NCBI GenBank assembly: GCA_013265495.1
Contig: MU061814.1
Location: 4,728,500-4,792,499, forward strand
Length of the DNA: 64,000 bases
Source: Vicugna vicugna
Lineage: Eukaryota
Reading direction: 5' to 3'
Position 1 is the first letter of the stretch, and every line of letters starts with the position of its first letter. The notes below the pieces were generated by a model, which was not told where the DNA came from, searched no databases, and saw nothing but the letters and a program-made list of their open reading frames with translations. Position numbers and translations under genes: made by a program. Positions 35,341 to 47,768 of the stretch are shown here, in pieces.

Positions 35341-37811
35341 TGAGACCCTTGGTCCCTCAGAGCCAACCCAAGAGCCGTCTTCCCATGGATTCCTGTCCAG
35401 CATGAATGATAATAACCACTTCATTGTGTCTAGTCTCTGGATTCCATATCTACCAAGAAGTGGGCACGGCCCTCTCCCCTTTAGCTAAGGCAAGACTCAA
35501 GGCTGAGGAGGTACAGCAAGGCAGCCTGGACCCCTCGGTGTGTGTGTGGGTGAGAATCCCCGGTAGACGCAGGAACCTCGGCTCAGGGACCAGCAGCGTC
35601 ACTTGGGGACACTTTACAAACACACAGCTTGCGACCCACACCTGCTGACTCAGACGTGCTGCAGGTGGGGCCCTGGGTCTGGGCAGACAAGGCCCCCATG
35701 TGATTTCTGCACTTGCCAGAGTTTGAGAAGCATAGCCCCACAGTCTCCTGATTGGGGCCCGGGGGTGTCCTCAGGACAAATGCGCAGCTTGGGTTGGGTG
35801 AGAGGAGCTGGGGCTGCCAGAAGTTTGCCACTAAAACGTAGGACTCCGGTTACCTCTGAAGGCAGATAAACAGGGAATTATCTTTATGCGCAAGTATGCC
35901 CCGTGCACCATTGGGAACACACTCATAGTGAAAGGTGTTCCTTGTCAGGGTGAACGTATGCCCTGTAACCGGGTGCCCTGCCTTGTCGTGGCTGCCCCAC
36001 CCCGGCTCCCGGGCCAGTGCCCATCCTGGGAGGACCTGGGGAAGGTCTGGGCAACCTGAGGCCCAGCACACAGGGCTTCCGGGAGCGCGGCACCCGAGGA
36101 GGGGTCAGCGTGTGTCCGGCTGGGTGGGGGAGCAGCAAAAGCAAACATTTATCATCGCTTCCTCACCAGCGAGGCTGTCATAGCTCCGTCTCAGGGGGCT
36201 GCTACTTCAACGAGATGAATTGCCTTTACGATTGATTGTCTCTCAGAATTGTGAGGCCAGCCCGGTGTCAGCGGAGGGAACGGCATGTGACATTGTTCCT
36301 GCTGGACCTTGGGCGACTGGGCCCTGCAGTCCCCTGAGGGGCAGGGGCAGGCGGTGGGCGGCCACATTAGCTGCAAGCCAAGGAAAACGAATGAGGCTGC
36401 CAACAGCCAGCTCTCCCAGGAGTGGGTGGGGGCGGGCGTCGGGGCGGGGACGGGGGCTTTCCTGTTAACAGAAGCCTTGGGTCCTCTATCCTCAAGACCA
36501 TCCTGGGTCTCACAAATCAGACCTCCCCTGTCTTATTTTAAAACAAATCGATAGAGATAGTCTTCCCAAAGGTGTAGCTGCCTTTACCCGTTAGGATAAC
36601 AGGCAGCAAATTGCTGTGGCTCGTCCTCCAAATCCTGATAAGCCTTAAAGCCTGGAGATTGGCGCCGCCTTCAGGCCGCTGGGCGGGGCCTGGGGCCTGG
36701 GCGGAGTCTGGGCGGGTGGGCAGAGTCTGGGCGAAGGCCTTTACTCCCGGTACACTCCACGCCTGTCCAGGTCTGTTCGCACTAAAAGTTGGCGGACTTC
36801 GGAGCCCCCGGGGACCCCCGGGCTCCATCTCTGGTCCCAGAACTGCCCTCAGAGGGGAACTTGATGCCACCTCTTTGTGCAAAGCCCAGGACGGAGCTGC
36901 ACGAAGCCGCCGTCGGACCGCTCTGGTCCAGGGCGAGGAGAGGACGTCCAGACGAAGCAGACAGGGGACTCCCGGGACTTGGAAACAGTCTCCACCATTT
37001 CTTCCCCCTTACATCCGTAAATTACAACAGTGGAAGGGTTTTCCACAGTGCCTTTGCGGGGTAAGGAAAAACTTCCGCCAGAAATTAGTCATTATTCTCC
37101 AGCGTGATCGGCTAATGAAGGGTTTCAGATATACGTTCTAGTGGAAAACAAATGGAAAGATGTGTTAAATATTGACTCAGCTGGGTAGGAACCTTCTAAA
37201 GTTTGGGTAGTTCACACAGGGACATCCGCAAGCCACCTGGGGCGGGATCTCTGTCCCACCCCACATCTCCCTGCATTCTTCTCCCAGCACCAGGACCCCC
37301 TCAGTTTTCTGAAATCCTCTCTGGCTTTGCTGCAGTGAATGGGCTCACACACAAACGTGGCTGATACAGCTGAGGAGCCGAGCTTCTCATTGTACTTAGA
37401 ATTTAAATAGCTACGTGGGAGCAGTGGCTGGTGGGTTGGGTGATTTCAGTGGTCCCCACCCAGACAGGGCCCCCTGAAGCTGGGAGTCACAGCTGCAGGC
37501 CCTCCCCAGAGCCCCTGTGCCCTCCTGGTCATTGCCCCAGATCCTGGATGGGAACTGGCCAGGGGCCAGCGAGCCCCTTGGAGACTCCATCGGACTCTCC
37601 AAAAAAGAGCAGAAGGTCAAGCATGTCTTTTTTTTTTTTAAAGTCATTTTTGGCATTCGAACCTCCCACCGTGGGAGCTTTGCTTGGGTGGGGGCCCCGC
37701 GGTTCCCTTTGCAAACACCGCCCCTGCCTTTCCAAACTCCATCCTTTCTGCAGCGCCATGTTTGTAGCCACTCTGCTCTGTGTCCCCCCAGTCTGCTGTA
37801 CACCCCCTCGA

Positions 37812-38395
37812 GGGGATCATCTCTGTTTTGAGAATTCTTTATCTATTTGAGATACAAGCTCTTCGTCGGACGTGTGATTTGTAAATACTTTCTCCCGCTC
37901 TGGGACTTGTGTTTTCATCACAGGGTCTTTGGAAGCGAGACTCTTTCATTTTGATGAAAGCCAGTTTGTCACTTCCCTTTGCTGGGCTGGCCTTGGGTGT
38001 CAGGAGCTCGCCCCCAAGCCCTGGGTCCTGAAGATGTTCTTCTATGCTTTGTTCTAAAGGTTTTATAGTTTCACATTGTATGTTTCGTCCATGGTCCGTT
38101 CCGAGTTAATCTTTGTGTAATTTCAGTGTAAGTGCGAGACTTAAGTGTGGGCTCATTTCTTTGTTTGCGGACATCCAAGTGCTCCTGCCCCGCTCACTGG
38201 AAAGGCTGTCTTTCTTCCACTGAACTGCTTTTGTACCTTTGGCAGAAATCAGTGGGGCCTGTTTGTGGGTTTATTCCCGGGTTCTCCTGGGTTCTCCGTT
38301 CTGATCCATTGCTTGTGTGTCTGTCCCTGTCAGCCCCACCCTGCCTGGGTGACTGCAGCTCCACAGGAGGCCTTGACGTGGCGTGGAAAAGATAG
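37812..38395 (-). mobile_element. Old L1 ORF2 3' region relic, antisense, not an intact ORF
   Basis: gagaattctttatctatttgagatacaagctctt...gtaaatactttctccc...ttttgatgaaagccagtttgtc...aaggttttatagtttcac...gagttaatctttgtgta...ctgcttttgtacctttggcagaaatcagt. Confidence 0.9.
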
Positions 38396-38519
38396 CTGTT
38401 GGGCACAGGAAGTTTTCAGACCCTGGCTGTCACCTGCGTCCTCCAGGGTGGGGCCACGCACATCCCATGGCCCTCAGCCACCTTGTCAGGATCCGTGTGG
38501 CCAGCCACCATGTAGCATG

Positions 38520-38600
38520 CTGTGGCCTCAGCCAGCTACTTACGGTCTCATACGTCATCTGCAAAGTGGAAGTAACAGTAATAATAGTGGAGGGTCAGAC
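38520..38600 (+). mobile_element. MIR fragment
   Basis: gtggcctcagccagctactta...gtcatctgcaaagtggaagtaacagtaataatagt. Confidence 0.6.
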
Positions 38601-39859
38601 GAGGGTGTCCACCTGAGGCCCCGACCCCTGTGCTGTCGTTCATGCTGGTATTATTAGTGGGCGCTAACTTACTAATACTGTTAGACGTTCCTGTTCAAGG
38701 TGCTTGCTCCCCCAGCTCCAGCAATTACCTTTGTCAGATTGAACCGTAAGACCCGCCTAAAACCAGCTGTCCATCATGTCAGTCCCAGCGTCCCCGGGTC
38801 ATCCTGCTAGTCTGCCGGGCAGCCTCCTCCTCCTCCCTGATGGCCGAGCGAGACCCCGGACACGGGTTCTGAATTTTCGCAAAGTCCCCACTGGCCATGT
38901 CTGAACAATGGCAGTTTTCCGGCCAAAGGTGGGGCGGCCAGTGGGAGCCCAGCTGAGGTCCAGTTCCCAGAGCTGATGGGGAGGATCGGGTGCAGGTGCT
39001 TCTCTGGGACCTCCCTGCTCCCAGGAGGCATCGGGACAGAGGGAGGGAGGGAGGATGCGCAGGAGAGGGAGGGGGCAGGGCCGACCTCGACAAGGGCTCC
39101 GGCTGGACCATGGGCCGCCCCAGGGGCCAGGGAGCTCCCAGCAGCGGAGGGCAGTCCTGGAGAAGAAGGTGGGCCCTCTGGGAGCAGACTCAGGTCCAAG
39201 CGGCACGGGGAGCCACTGCAGACCGAGCTGTCTTCTCCCCATCAGGTCAGAGCCCCTCACCCCTTACCCACCCACTCCGCCAGTCCTGCTCCCTGAGCCG
39301 CGTTCTGGGCCCCGCACCAGGGTGGACTCAGACCCAGGAGGCCCGCACGAAGGAGCAGAGGTGCCTCGCCACAGGGCCGGCTGTTTCCTTCATCAGAAGC
39401 CCCTCTGGGCGGCCTCTGGTGTGCAAGCCTATCTTTAAAAGGCCGAGTTTTGCTCCTTTGAACTTGGCCTCTTTGAGAAAGAGGAGCAGCAGATTAAAAA
39501 TAGCGGCTGGACTGCCAGGCCTGCAGCTCGAGAACCCACAGCCTTGCCCCCCGGCCCTGCCAGAGCTCCAGACCCTGGCCGGCCAGGAGGAGGCCCCACT
39601 CCCCTGCCTGAGGCCTCAGGCCCCCCTGCAACAGGCACACCTGTGGCTGACGATTTGATTATGCGGCCGAGGCAGGAACACAGCAGCCACCCCTACCTGG
39701 GGCCGTCAGGGGCTGGGAGCTCTTCTAAGACCCCCCCACGGATTAACCTGCCGCGTCCCGAGCACGCCTGTGACGCAGGCACTCCCGTCTTCCCGCTTCC
39801 ACGAGGGACCCAAGGCTAGAACAGGTACGGAGGGGCACAGCCGGTGCCCAGCAGGTGTT

Positions 39860-40260
39860 ACCAGCCAGACTCAGGCCGCTCACTGCGCACAGCGAAGGCA
39901 ATCTACTGACACCAGGTTGTGATAAAGGAAAGTGCAGCCTTTACTGTGAAGGCGCCAGACGAGGATGAGCGGCTTGTGCTCAAAACCCCGAACTCCCCAA
40001 AGGGTTTCAGCAAAGCATTCTTGAAGCCCAAGTGAGGGACGGGTCGGGGGTGGTCCCAGGGTGTTTGATCAGCTGCGCACGAGTCTCTGACTGGTTGATG
40101 CCGCAGTAACAAGGCAGTTAACATCATCCGTCCTCAGGTGCTGAGGGTCTGGGGCTCATGGTCACCGAGTCGTTAATTTCTCCCACTTGGTGGTGGTGTA
40201 GTGTCTGGAAAGCAGCTCAGGAAACGTGCATCAGAGACTGTTGTCTGGGTGCTTCAGGGA
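39860..40260 (-). mobile_element. ERV class I-type solo LTR relic
   Basis: aatctactgacaccaggttgtgataaaggaaagtgcagcctttactg...gctcaaaaccccgaactccccaaagggtttcagcaaagcatt...gatcagctgcgcacgagtctctgactggttgatg. Confidence 0.75.
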
Positions 40261-40404
40261 GGAGCCACGCAGAGGATACGGGGGAGGGTTTGCCCCAGGA
40301 GGCCCCCGAGGGTCCTGTTCAGTCACAAGGTTTAAGCCCGGGGGACCCGGCTCGTGAGCTGCCCTTCTAGCCATGGTGCTGAACTGCCTCCCCTTTCCAG
40401 CCCA

Positions 40405-40640
40405 TGTCAGGGATGCATTTGGCTGCAAGCCACAGAAAACCCAATGGGGACAAGTAGTGGTTTGGGTGGGAGCATGAAGCCGGCCGGGCCGACGTCTCTG
40501 TGCTGTTTGCCTCCCTCTCTGATTTCTGACCACAAGGTCACAAGATGATGGCTGCAGCTCCAAGCATCACATCCACTATCTGGCAGGAGGAAGGAGGAGG
40601 GGAGAAGAGCAGTGTGCAGCATGGGTGCTTTCCCCTGGAA
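40405..40640 (-). mobile_element. MaLR LTR relic (MLT1J/K-like)
   Basis: ggatgcatttggctgcaagccacagaaaacccaa...ggtcacaagatgatggctgcagctccaagcatcacatcc. Confidence 0.75.
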
Positions 40641-40789
40641 AGGCACATGCTGTGTGTGAGTGCCTTCCTCTGGGGTGGGCGCCCGTCTTCCAGTTGAGGA
40701 ACCAAAAAGTAGGTGTGCCAGGTCTGTGCTAACGACGGGTAGGGGCTGCACACCTGGCAAAGGCAGAGAAGCCCGTGTCCCAGACCCTC

Positions 40790-41040
40790 GGGAGTGCAAG
40801 GAGTCTTTCCTGCCTCAGGGCCTTTGCATGTGCTGTGCCTGCAGCATGGACGTCCTCCCCTAGACACTAGCACCTGGCTCCTCTCCTCCTCCAGCCCACA
40901 TAGCCCGTCTCCAAGGGTGTCTCCATCACCCGATCTCACCAGTAGCTCCTCCCTGCCCTCAGAGTCCTTTGTCAATACTTCCTTCCTCGTCCAGTTAGTT
41001 TGTCATCACTGCCACTTTGCTACCCCTTCTGTTTCCATCA
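40790..41040 (+). mobile_element. L2 fragment
   Basis: tttcctgcctcagggcctttgcatgtgctgtgcctgcagcatggacgtcctccc. Confidence 0.65.
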
Positions 41041-43539
41041 CCACCATGTCCCTGAGCAAGGGTGGGATTCAGTGACGGCCCAGCCTCATCCTGAGCCTGT
41101 GAGGAACCCTACTGTGGACCCACACTGTAGAACCCATCGGAGCCCTGCTTTCTGAAGCTCTGAGGATGCCCAGTGATTAGTTCTGGGAAGGCCTCCTGGA
41201 GGGTCTGCACCTGTGCAGTAGGAGGCAGAAGCCGGCCACGCCTGCAGCGAGGCACCAGCATCCGGCAGCATCTGAGGCCGCGTGACTCAACCCGGGGCAG
41301 GACAAGAGGCCAGTCCGCATTCGTCCCACCCACTCCCTGAATCACGCACTTCCCGCCACTCTGCCCAGCCCCCAATTTTCAGAAAACAAGAAGCTTCTCA
41401 AGGGACTCAGGACTGACCCCAGGGCTCTGTCCTCACAACTGGACCACCCGCCGTGGGTCCGCATCCTTCCTGACAGCCTCTCCAACCTTCTCCACCAGAG
41501 CTGCTGTCTCGCCTCCTGCCCAGAGGCGGCCAGGCCAGTCCCATGGGATTCCTCAAACCTCCATATCGATTATTTTTTAACTAAAAAAGGCTCTAGTTGG
41601 AATTCCTGCTTTCCCTAACCCCTTGTAACTGCGTGAAGGCCTATATTATAAATTTTGAAATTAATGTCGCTTTGAAATATTAAATAGCAGAGAAATCTAC
41701 ATCCTGCAAATGAAGTCAAGGAAACCTTCATCCATGTAACGCAGGGGTTTTGCTCAAGCAGATCATTCCGTTAGTGGGCGCCGTGTATTTATTTATTTTA
41801 TTCCTGTGCTGGCGGAGGTCCCCCTGAGACTAATGCCACGGGCTAATGCACAGATTGCGCCAGATATTTGAAAGTCATCTGAATATTAAGAATTTAAATC
41901 TTTAGCCTCAGTGATTTGAGCAGAAAGCCAATTATGGGGCTGAATTAGTTTTCAAATTAAACTGCAATTTAAGGCTTGTGAAATTAATCCTTTAAGGCGC
42001 ACGGCAGTGTCTGTGCACGAACTCCTCGGAGGCACCTAAGCCTCTGCCTTCTCCCCGCTCCTGCCGGCGCGATGAACGAAGGTGCCTGGTGTCTGGGGCA
42101 GCGGACGGGGCGCCCACTTAGGTGAAAACACAGTCCGACGTTCAGTTTCGTCTGTTCGGAAACATTCAGGTCTTTCCACCTGGGGAGCAGCCCGGGGAGG
42201 GTGGTTTCCTCCTTGTTCTTGGAGCCCACGAGGCGGGGGCGAGACTTAACTCCCACGTCACCACAGACGCTGCCGGAGACGCAGAGCACACAGCCGGGTA
42301 CTGTGGCCGATTGCTCCCTCCCCACGGTGGTCCCGGCCATCTCCACAGAGGCACCATGGCATCGGGGCTGCCTGTGGACCAGACCTGCCCAGCTGGAGAA
42401 GGCAAAGGGTCCACGGGGACATCGGTGCCAGGATCATGCCTTCCCACGGGGGTTGGCCCTGCTCACGACAGGTGACACAGTGTGGCTGCTGAACGCTTGC
42501 TGGACGGTTCAGAAAGGGGTGCCCTCAAGTGTCAGAAGGAGACTGAGGAGGGACACAGTGCAAGGGGGTGGAGACAGGGTGCATGAGGTTGGCGCCGGGC
42601 CCCCAGGCCAGCAGGTGTCCCCGAGCGCCTACCGGGTGAGCCAGGACACACGCCTAGGCAGAAGCGGACACCGCCTCTTCCAGGCAGTTCTCCAGGTCTC
42701 AGAGAGGAGGAGTTCCTTCCGCCTCTGCCCTGTCCTCCCACACCCGTTCTAGGAAGGAAGTGACAGTCCCTGAGCCCTCGCTCAGTTCCAGGGCCCTGAG
42801 CACTCCCACTCCATCTGGGGTCTTTGCGTGGCTACCCTGCTCATTGGCCTTTGGGCTCAGAGCGCTCAGGCACCCACTGGTCACCTGATCACAGACTGGT
42901 GGCCGCAGACCAGCCAGGTTTTCAGAATCTATCTTTTTTGAGAAAAGCCAACTTATGATTAAGGCTGAAAAAAGTCCCATCAGCTGCCTCATCTCTTTTT
43001 TTCTCCTCTTTAAGTAACATTTTACTTTCTGATAATCAAGCGATACTCTGCGGAGGAAACTCAGAAGATACAGAGAAAATCGCAAAGGAAAAAGCCAGAG
43101 CGTCCCGTCTTGCCTGCCGCCCGGAGGTCGCCACCGAGCACATCTGCGGATGACCCCTCGCCTCCCTCTCAGCACGAGCACATGATCATTTTGAGGGCTG
43201 GGGTCGCACCAAACATAGCTTAGAAGCCTGGCTGATTTCTGTTTTGCGGACATTACGAACACTTCAAGTGCCACGGAATATTCTTTCACATCATCTTCGT
43301 GGCTTTGAAGAACTCTGTGGTGGGAACTTGCCACGGTTTACTCATCCACCTCCCAGCTGTCACGTCCGGTGTCACCTACTTCCTGGTTACGTGCCTCGTC
43401 TGACCGCTCCGCTAGCAGAGGAGGGACCAGTGACCCCTTTACCTGAGACTGTGGGCCACCGACACACGCTTGTGGCACGTCAGAGTCCCTCACACAGCCT
43501 CCCCCGACGGCGATGTGGAAAGAGGGGAACAACCAGGCC

Positions 43540-44170
43540 ATGCGTCAGGCCCACGGGCCCGGCCAGCGTGCCCCCCGGGGCGGGGGGCTCGGGTGCGCCC
43601 GCCGGGAGCTGCGGGCCAGGGGCGGGCGGCGGGCGGCGGAACGGGCGCCCCGCGGGGGTGCGCGGGGGCCCTGCCGGCCCGCCTGGCTGGTGTTCCTGAG
43701 CCTGCCTCCGGCAGCGCTGCCTCGGAATCTGCCCGGCCCGCGCGTCGCCGCCTGGTCCCCTCTGCGCTCGGTCGGGCCTGGCGTCCTGCGCGCCTGGCTA
43801 CCCGGGGCGCGTCTTGAGCGCGAAGAGCTGTGGAGGTGACGCGAGGCCGCGGCTGTCTCTCTGGAAGAGGACAGACTTCGGCCCCTGGCGGGGCCCGGCC
43901 GCCTTGATGAGGGCCGCGCTCGGGCTGTGAGTGTGTCTCCACTCACCCTCCCTCCCAGCCGCACCTCTGCGTCCCACCCAAAGACGAGCCGGTCTTCCAG
44001 GCCCTGCCTCCGCGGCCAGCCCGGAGCTCGGTGTCCTCGCCCCTTCCCCACAAGCGCCCCACGGAGCGCTTCAGCCGTCAGGAGCCGAGTCTGGACCCAG
44101 CGGACGCCTCGCGAGGAGAGGCGGCCCGGGCCCTCCCTGCGGCCGCCCCCGGCGGCCCTCCGGGGGCTGT
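43540..44170. promoter_or_regulatory. Intragenic CpG-island-like segment in intron 6
   Basis: 43561-43680 is 109/120 G+C with about 20 CpGs. GC boxes GGGGCGGGG (43577) and GGGGCGGGCGG (43619). Confidence 0.7.
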
Positions 44171-44739
44171 GAAGAGCTGTTTTCGCTCCGCAGGGCGTCC
44201 TGCCTGCCTAGCCTTCCTCAGGAGGAAGGCTGGTTTAGAGTAACACAGTCCACCGACAGCTGAACGCAGAGCTTCCTGGATTTCTTTTAAATACTCAGTG
44301 CCTCTGGGGAAATTCTCCTGATAATTAACTTCATTAAAATCAGGTTTGCGCACAATGCTCCGAGACCATCCATTGCATGAAGTAACCTGGGCGTCTTTGA
44401 CGAATTTTTTTCTAGGGCTCTCAGAGCTGAAATTCGGTAGTTTTTTTCCTAGAAGACACTTAATAAAGACGTGTTGAATGAATGGGTCAGCATCCTCGTG
44501 GGCGCAGTGTTGTCTTGGTCTGATTGCAGCCAAGTCTCCACGAAGTCCAGTGGTTGGACTGGGATCCTTGCTGCCCCCCCACCCCCAGGACTCCGGAACC
44601 CCTGCAGTGTGTGCTCTGCGCATGTCTGTGGAATGTGGACTTGACCCCGCTCCTGGTGAAAATGCGATACTGGCCTCCCTGGAATCTTAGAGGAAGTCCA
44701 GCACCCTCACCTTGGGCCCAGCCTGTCTCCTGCCCCCTC

Positions 44740-45115
44740 CATTCCTGCGCCTTTTCTCTGTTCCTCAGGCAGTCAGAGCTCTTCTCTGCCCCAGGGCCTT
44801 TGCCCCTATGCCCAGAGCCCTCCTCCTCCCGTCCCCACCCCACCCCCTCACTTCTCAGAGAGGCCTTTCCTGCTTCCTTCGTAGTGCAGCCGCCGCCTGC
44901 TCATTCTGCGTGTTCACCATTGCATGCCTGCAGTCTTCCTCCCTTTAAAGCGCTTTCCACAGCCTGCGAAGACCCACGTCTCTGCTGTTGGCTTGTCTTC
45001 CCTGACGAGCATGTTCGGGGTGGGAGTGCGTCCATCTGGCGGTTCTCTTTGCTTTGTCCTGAGCACAGAGCGTGGTGTCTGCACACAGCAAGCGCTAGGT
45101 CACATGGGCTGAATC
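44740..45115 (+). mobile_element. L2 3' end
   Basis: ctctgttcctcaggcagtcagagctcttctctgccccagggcctttgccc...cacttctcagagaggcctttcctg...gcacacagcaagcgctaggtcacatgggctgaat. Confidence 0.75.
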
Positions 45116-45124
45116 TCCCCTGTG

Positions 45125-45530
45125 CCCAGTGGAATATTATTCAGCCATAAAAAAAGAAACAGGCTCAGTGAAAGAAGCCAGACTTAAAGGCCACCTAGTG
45201 TGTGGTTCCATTTATAGGCTGTGTTCTGAAGAGGCCAATCCTTACAGACAGCATGTAGGTGAGTGTAGCCAGGGGCTGGGGAGGAGGGGAGAGACTGTTC
45301 ATGGATACAGACTTATTTTGGGGATGGTGGAATATTCTGGAATCAGACGCATTCTGTTGGCAGTTGTTCACCTTTGTGAATATACTAACGCACTGTGTAC
45401 AGTGACACAGTGATCACCCACCATGGACCGGCGCCCCTGAGGAAACACAACATAAGCCAGATTTGGGGGACGTGGCGAGCAACATGTTAAAAGGGTGAAT
45501 TTTCTGATCTATGAGTTATATTTTAAGAAA
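45125..45530 (+). mobile_element. Old L1 (L1MB/L1MC-type) 3' region, sense, internally deleted
   Basis: cagtggaatattattcagccataaaaaaagaa...tcagtgaaagaagccagac...gtggttccatttata...ttttggggatggtggaatattctggaa...aaaagggtgaattttctgatctatgagttatatttt. Confidence 0.85.
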
Positions 45531-46254
45531 AACTATATAAATCTGTGGATTGAACAAGTGAGCAGGGAGGGGTGGGGCCTGGAGCTGCCAGCCCTTCAAG
45601 TGTGAAGAGCCTGGTCCTGAGCCCATCCCTCTCGGAGGATGAGAACAGGAAACCGGCGCCCTGTGCGTAGATTTCTGCCTTTCAGTTTCCATAACGTGCG
45701 TCTGCCTGAACAAGTTTCATTCAGTGAGAGCCGAAGGTGAAAGCAGCTTCCCAGTCAGACACACCGGGGCCCTCACTGCTCACGGCGGGGTCGGACCCGG
45801 GAGGCAGGAGAACCTGCCTTGCACACACCTATGCTCGGTGAGAGGCGCTGGTCAGATTTGAAAAGGATTCCCTTCCTTCACCGTTAAGCGTCTCCACCGG
45901 CATCTGCCCAGCTCCCAGCACCGTGCCGGCACAGGGCAGGTGCCCAGGAAATGCTGGATGAATAATCCCCCCACCCCTCACCACCTGGGACCCCAGCAGG
46001 GCTTCAGTCCTCAGGCCTAGAGGCCCAGCTGCACAGCCAAACCCCCAGCCCAGTTCAGCCTCCGCTGAAGCCAGCACCTCCCCCGCCAAGAAAGGGCCCG
46101 GTCGAGGATGGCACCTGCACTCCCTATGGCCCTGTGTGGCCTGGACAGCACATCGTCCCCAACCTGGAACAAGGAGCTGAACTAAGAACGTGCAGGTCGA
46201 GGCCAAGGCCCCATGCCCGAGACTCCAGTGACAGGCGCAGGGCTCGGAGCCAGG

Positions 46255-46710
46255 CCAGTCAGGACTCTGGGCTGCAAGTGACAAAAACTCAAACTAAAAC
46301 GGCATAAGGCAGGGGGGAGAATGCACTGGCTCAGGGACACAAAGTCTGCGGGGTACCTGCCCCTCAGTTTTGCTGTGAACCTAAAACTGTCTTTAGGGGA
46401 AAAGTCTTAATTTTTTAAGTACATAGGTAACAGCTTCAGGTGAAGCTTGATCCAGGGGCTGCCCAGGATGACTTTGTCACTTGAGCCCCTCTTGGCTTTG
46501 TATACTCTGAGATGGCCTTGTCCTTCAGTTTCCTTCTTTGTGGCCACAAAGGGACCACAGCCCCCAGGCTCACATGCTGACTCAACCAAGTCCAGTGGCA
46601 GGGACAGCATGTTGGTTTCCCAGAAATTCCAGCAAATGCCTCCTCGGTGATCACTGGCTCCAACTGGGTAAAGTGCCCATCACTGAACCGATCACTGTCC
46701 AGGGGAGGGA
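46255..46710 (-). mobile_element. MaLR LTR (MLT1K/L-like) interrupted by a short L1 3' end
   Basis: cagtcaggactctgggctgcaagtgacaaaaactcaaactaaaac...cttcaggtgaagcttgatccagggg...tcactggctccaactgggtaaagtgcccatcactgaaccgatcactgtccaggg. Confidence 0.8.
46345..46412 (+). mobile_element. L1 (L1MB/MC-type) extreme 3' end nested in the MLT1 LTR
   Basis: cctcagttttgctgtgaacctaaaactgtcttt...aaagtctt. Confidence 0.65.
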
Positions 46711-47335
46711 TGAACTGATCCAACGAGGGCCTCCCAATGTAGGGAAGAATGGACAGGAACTCCAAGTGCTGCTCTCGGGAGGCAGCAGGGTGTGCCGGCC
46801 TCCCTTACAGGCCTCGATCCTGGAACGTGGGCGGCAAACAGGTGCTGAGTGGAGGGAGGGCCTGGGCAGATCCCCCAGACCCTCGGCTCTGAAAGGCAGG
46901 AGGTCATGCATCCCACACGCACCCCAAATTTACTCCGTCTGCCTCTGCACCCCCTGTGCACAGCATCCCCTCTGACGAAGCTCTTCTAAGTCAGTTTACC
47001 ATGTGTCTTCCTCATGTGCTGACTACACGCCACACCCAGCCCCGTTTCTGTACCTGCGCCGCATCCCAGCCGTGCCGCACCCCGCACCCCACACCCCTGG
47101 GGGGTCTGCAGCCCTGGCAGACGCTGACGGCGGCACCTTGGGCTGCGTCGCTCAGGAGAGAGAGCCAGGATTTGAGTTGGAAGAGCTGGCTCTGTCCCCG
47201 TGCGCTGCCTCCTCCCAGGGCCTCAGTCCTCCCCTCACTGATGAACTTAGGGAGACCGGGGCTCGGGAAGACGTCCTTCGGGGGTTCTGTAGGGAGCGAG
47301 TGGAGTGGGAGGGGCAGGTGTGCTCCAGTGCCTGA

Positions 47336-47650
<315 letters not shown>

Positions 47651-47704
47651 TAGCCTGTTCTCACACCTTTGGGAGAGCAGTGTGGCGTGAGCAGAGCCTG
47701 TGCC

Positions 47705-47768
47705 TGAATGTGCACGTGTGCACACGCACACACACGCTCTCACACGCTCTCACACACGCACACACACA
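47705..47768. repeat. CA-rich low-complexity tract just downstream of exon 7
   Basis: gtgcacgtgtgcacacgcacacacacgctctcacacgctctcacacacgcacacacac. Confidence 0.8.

Noticed and set aside
43513-43839. ORF in the CpG island as an alternative coding first exon
   Set aside because: Its donor at 43836 would be phase 2, whereas exon 7 needs phase 1, and the peptide is typical GC-rich noise.
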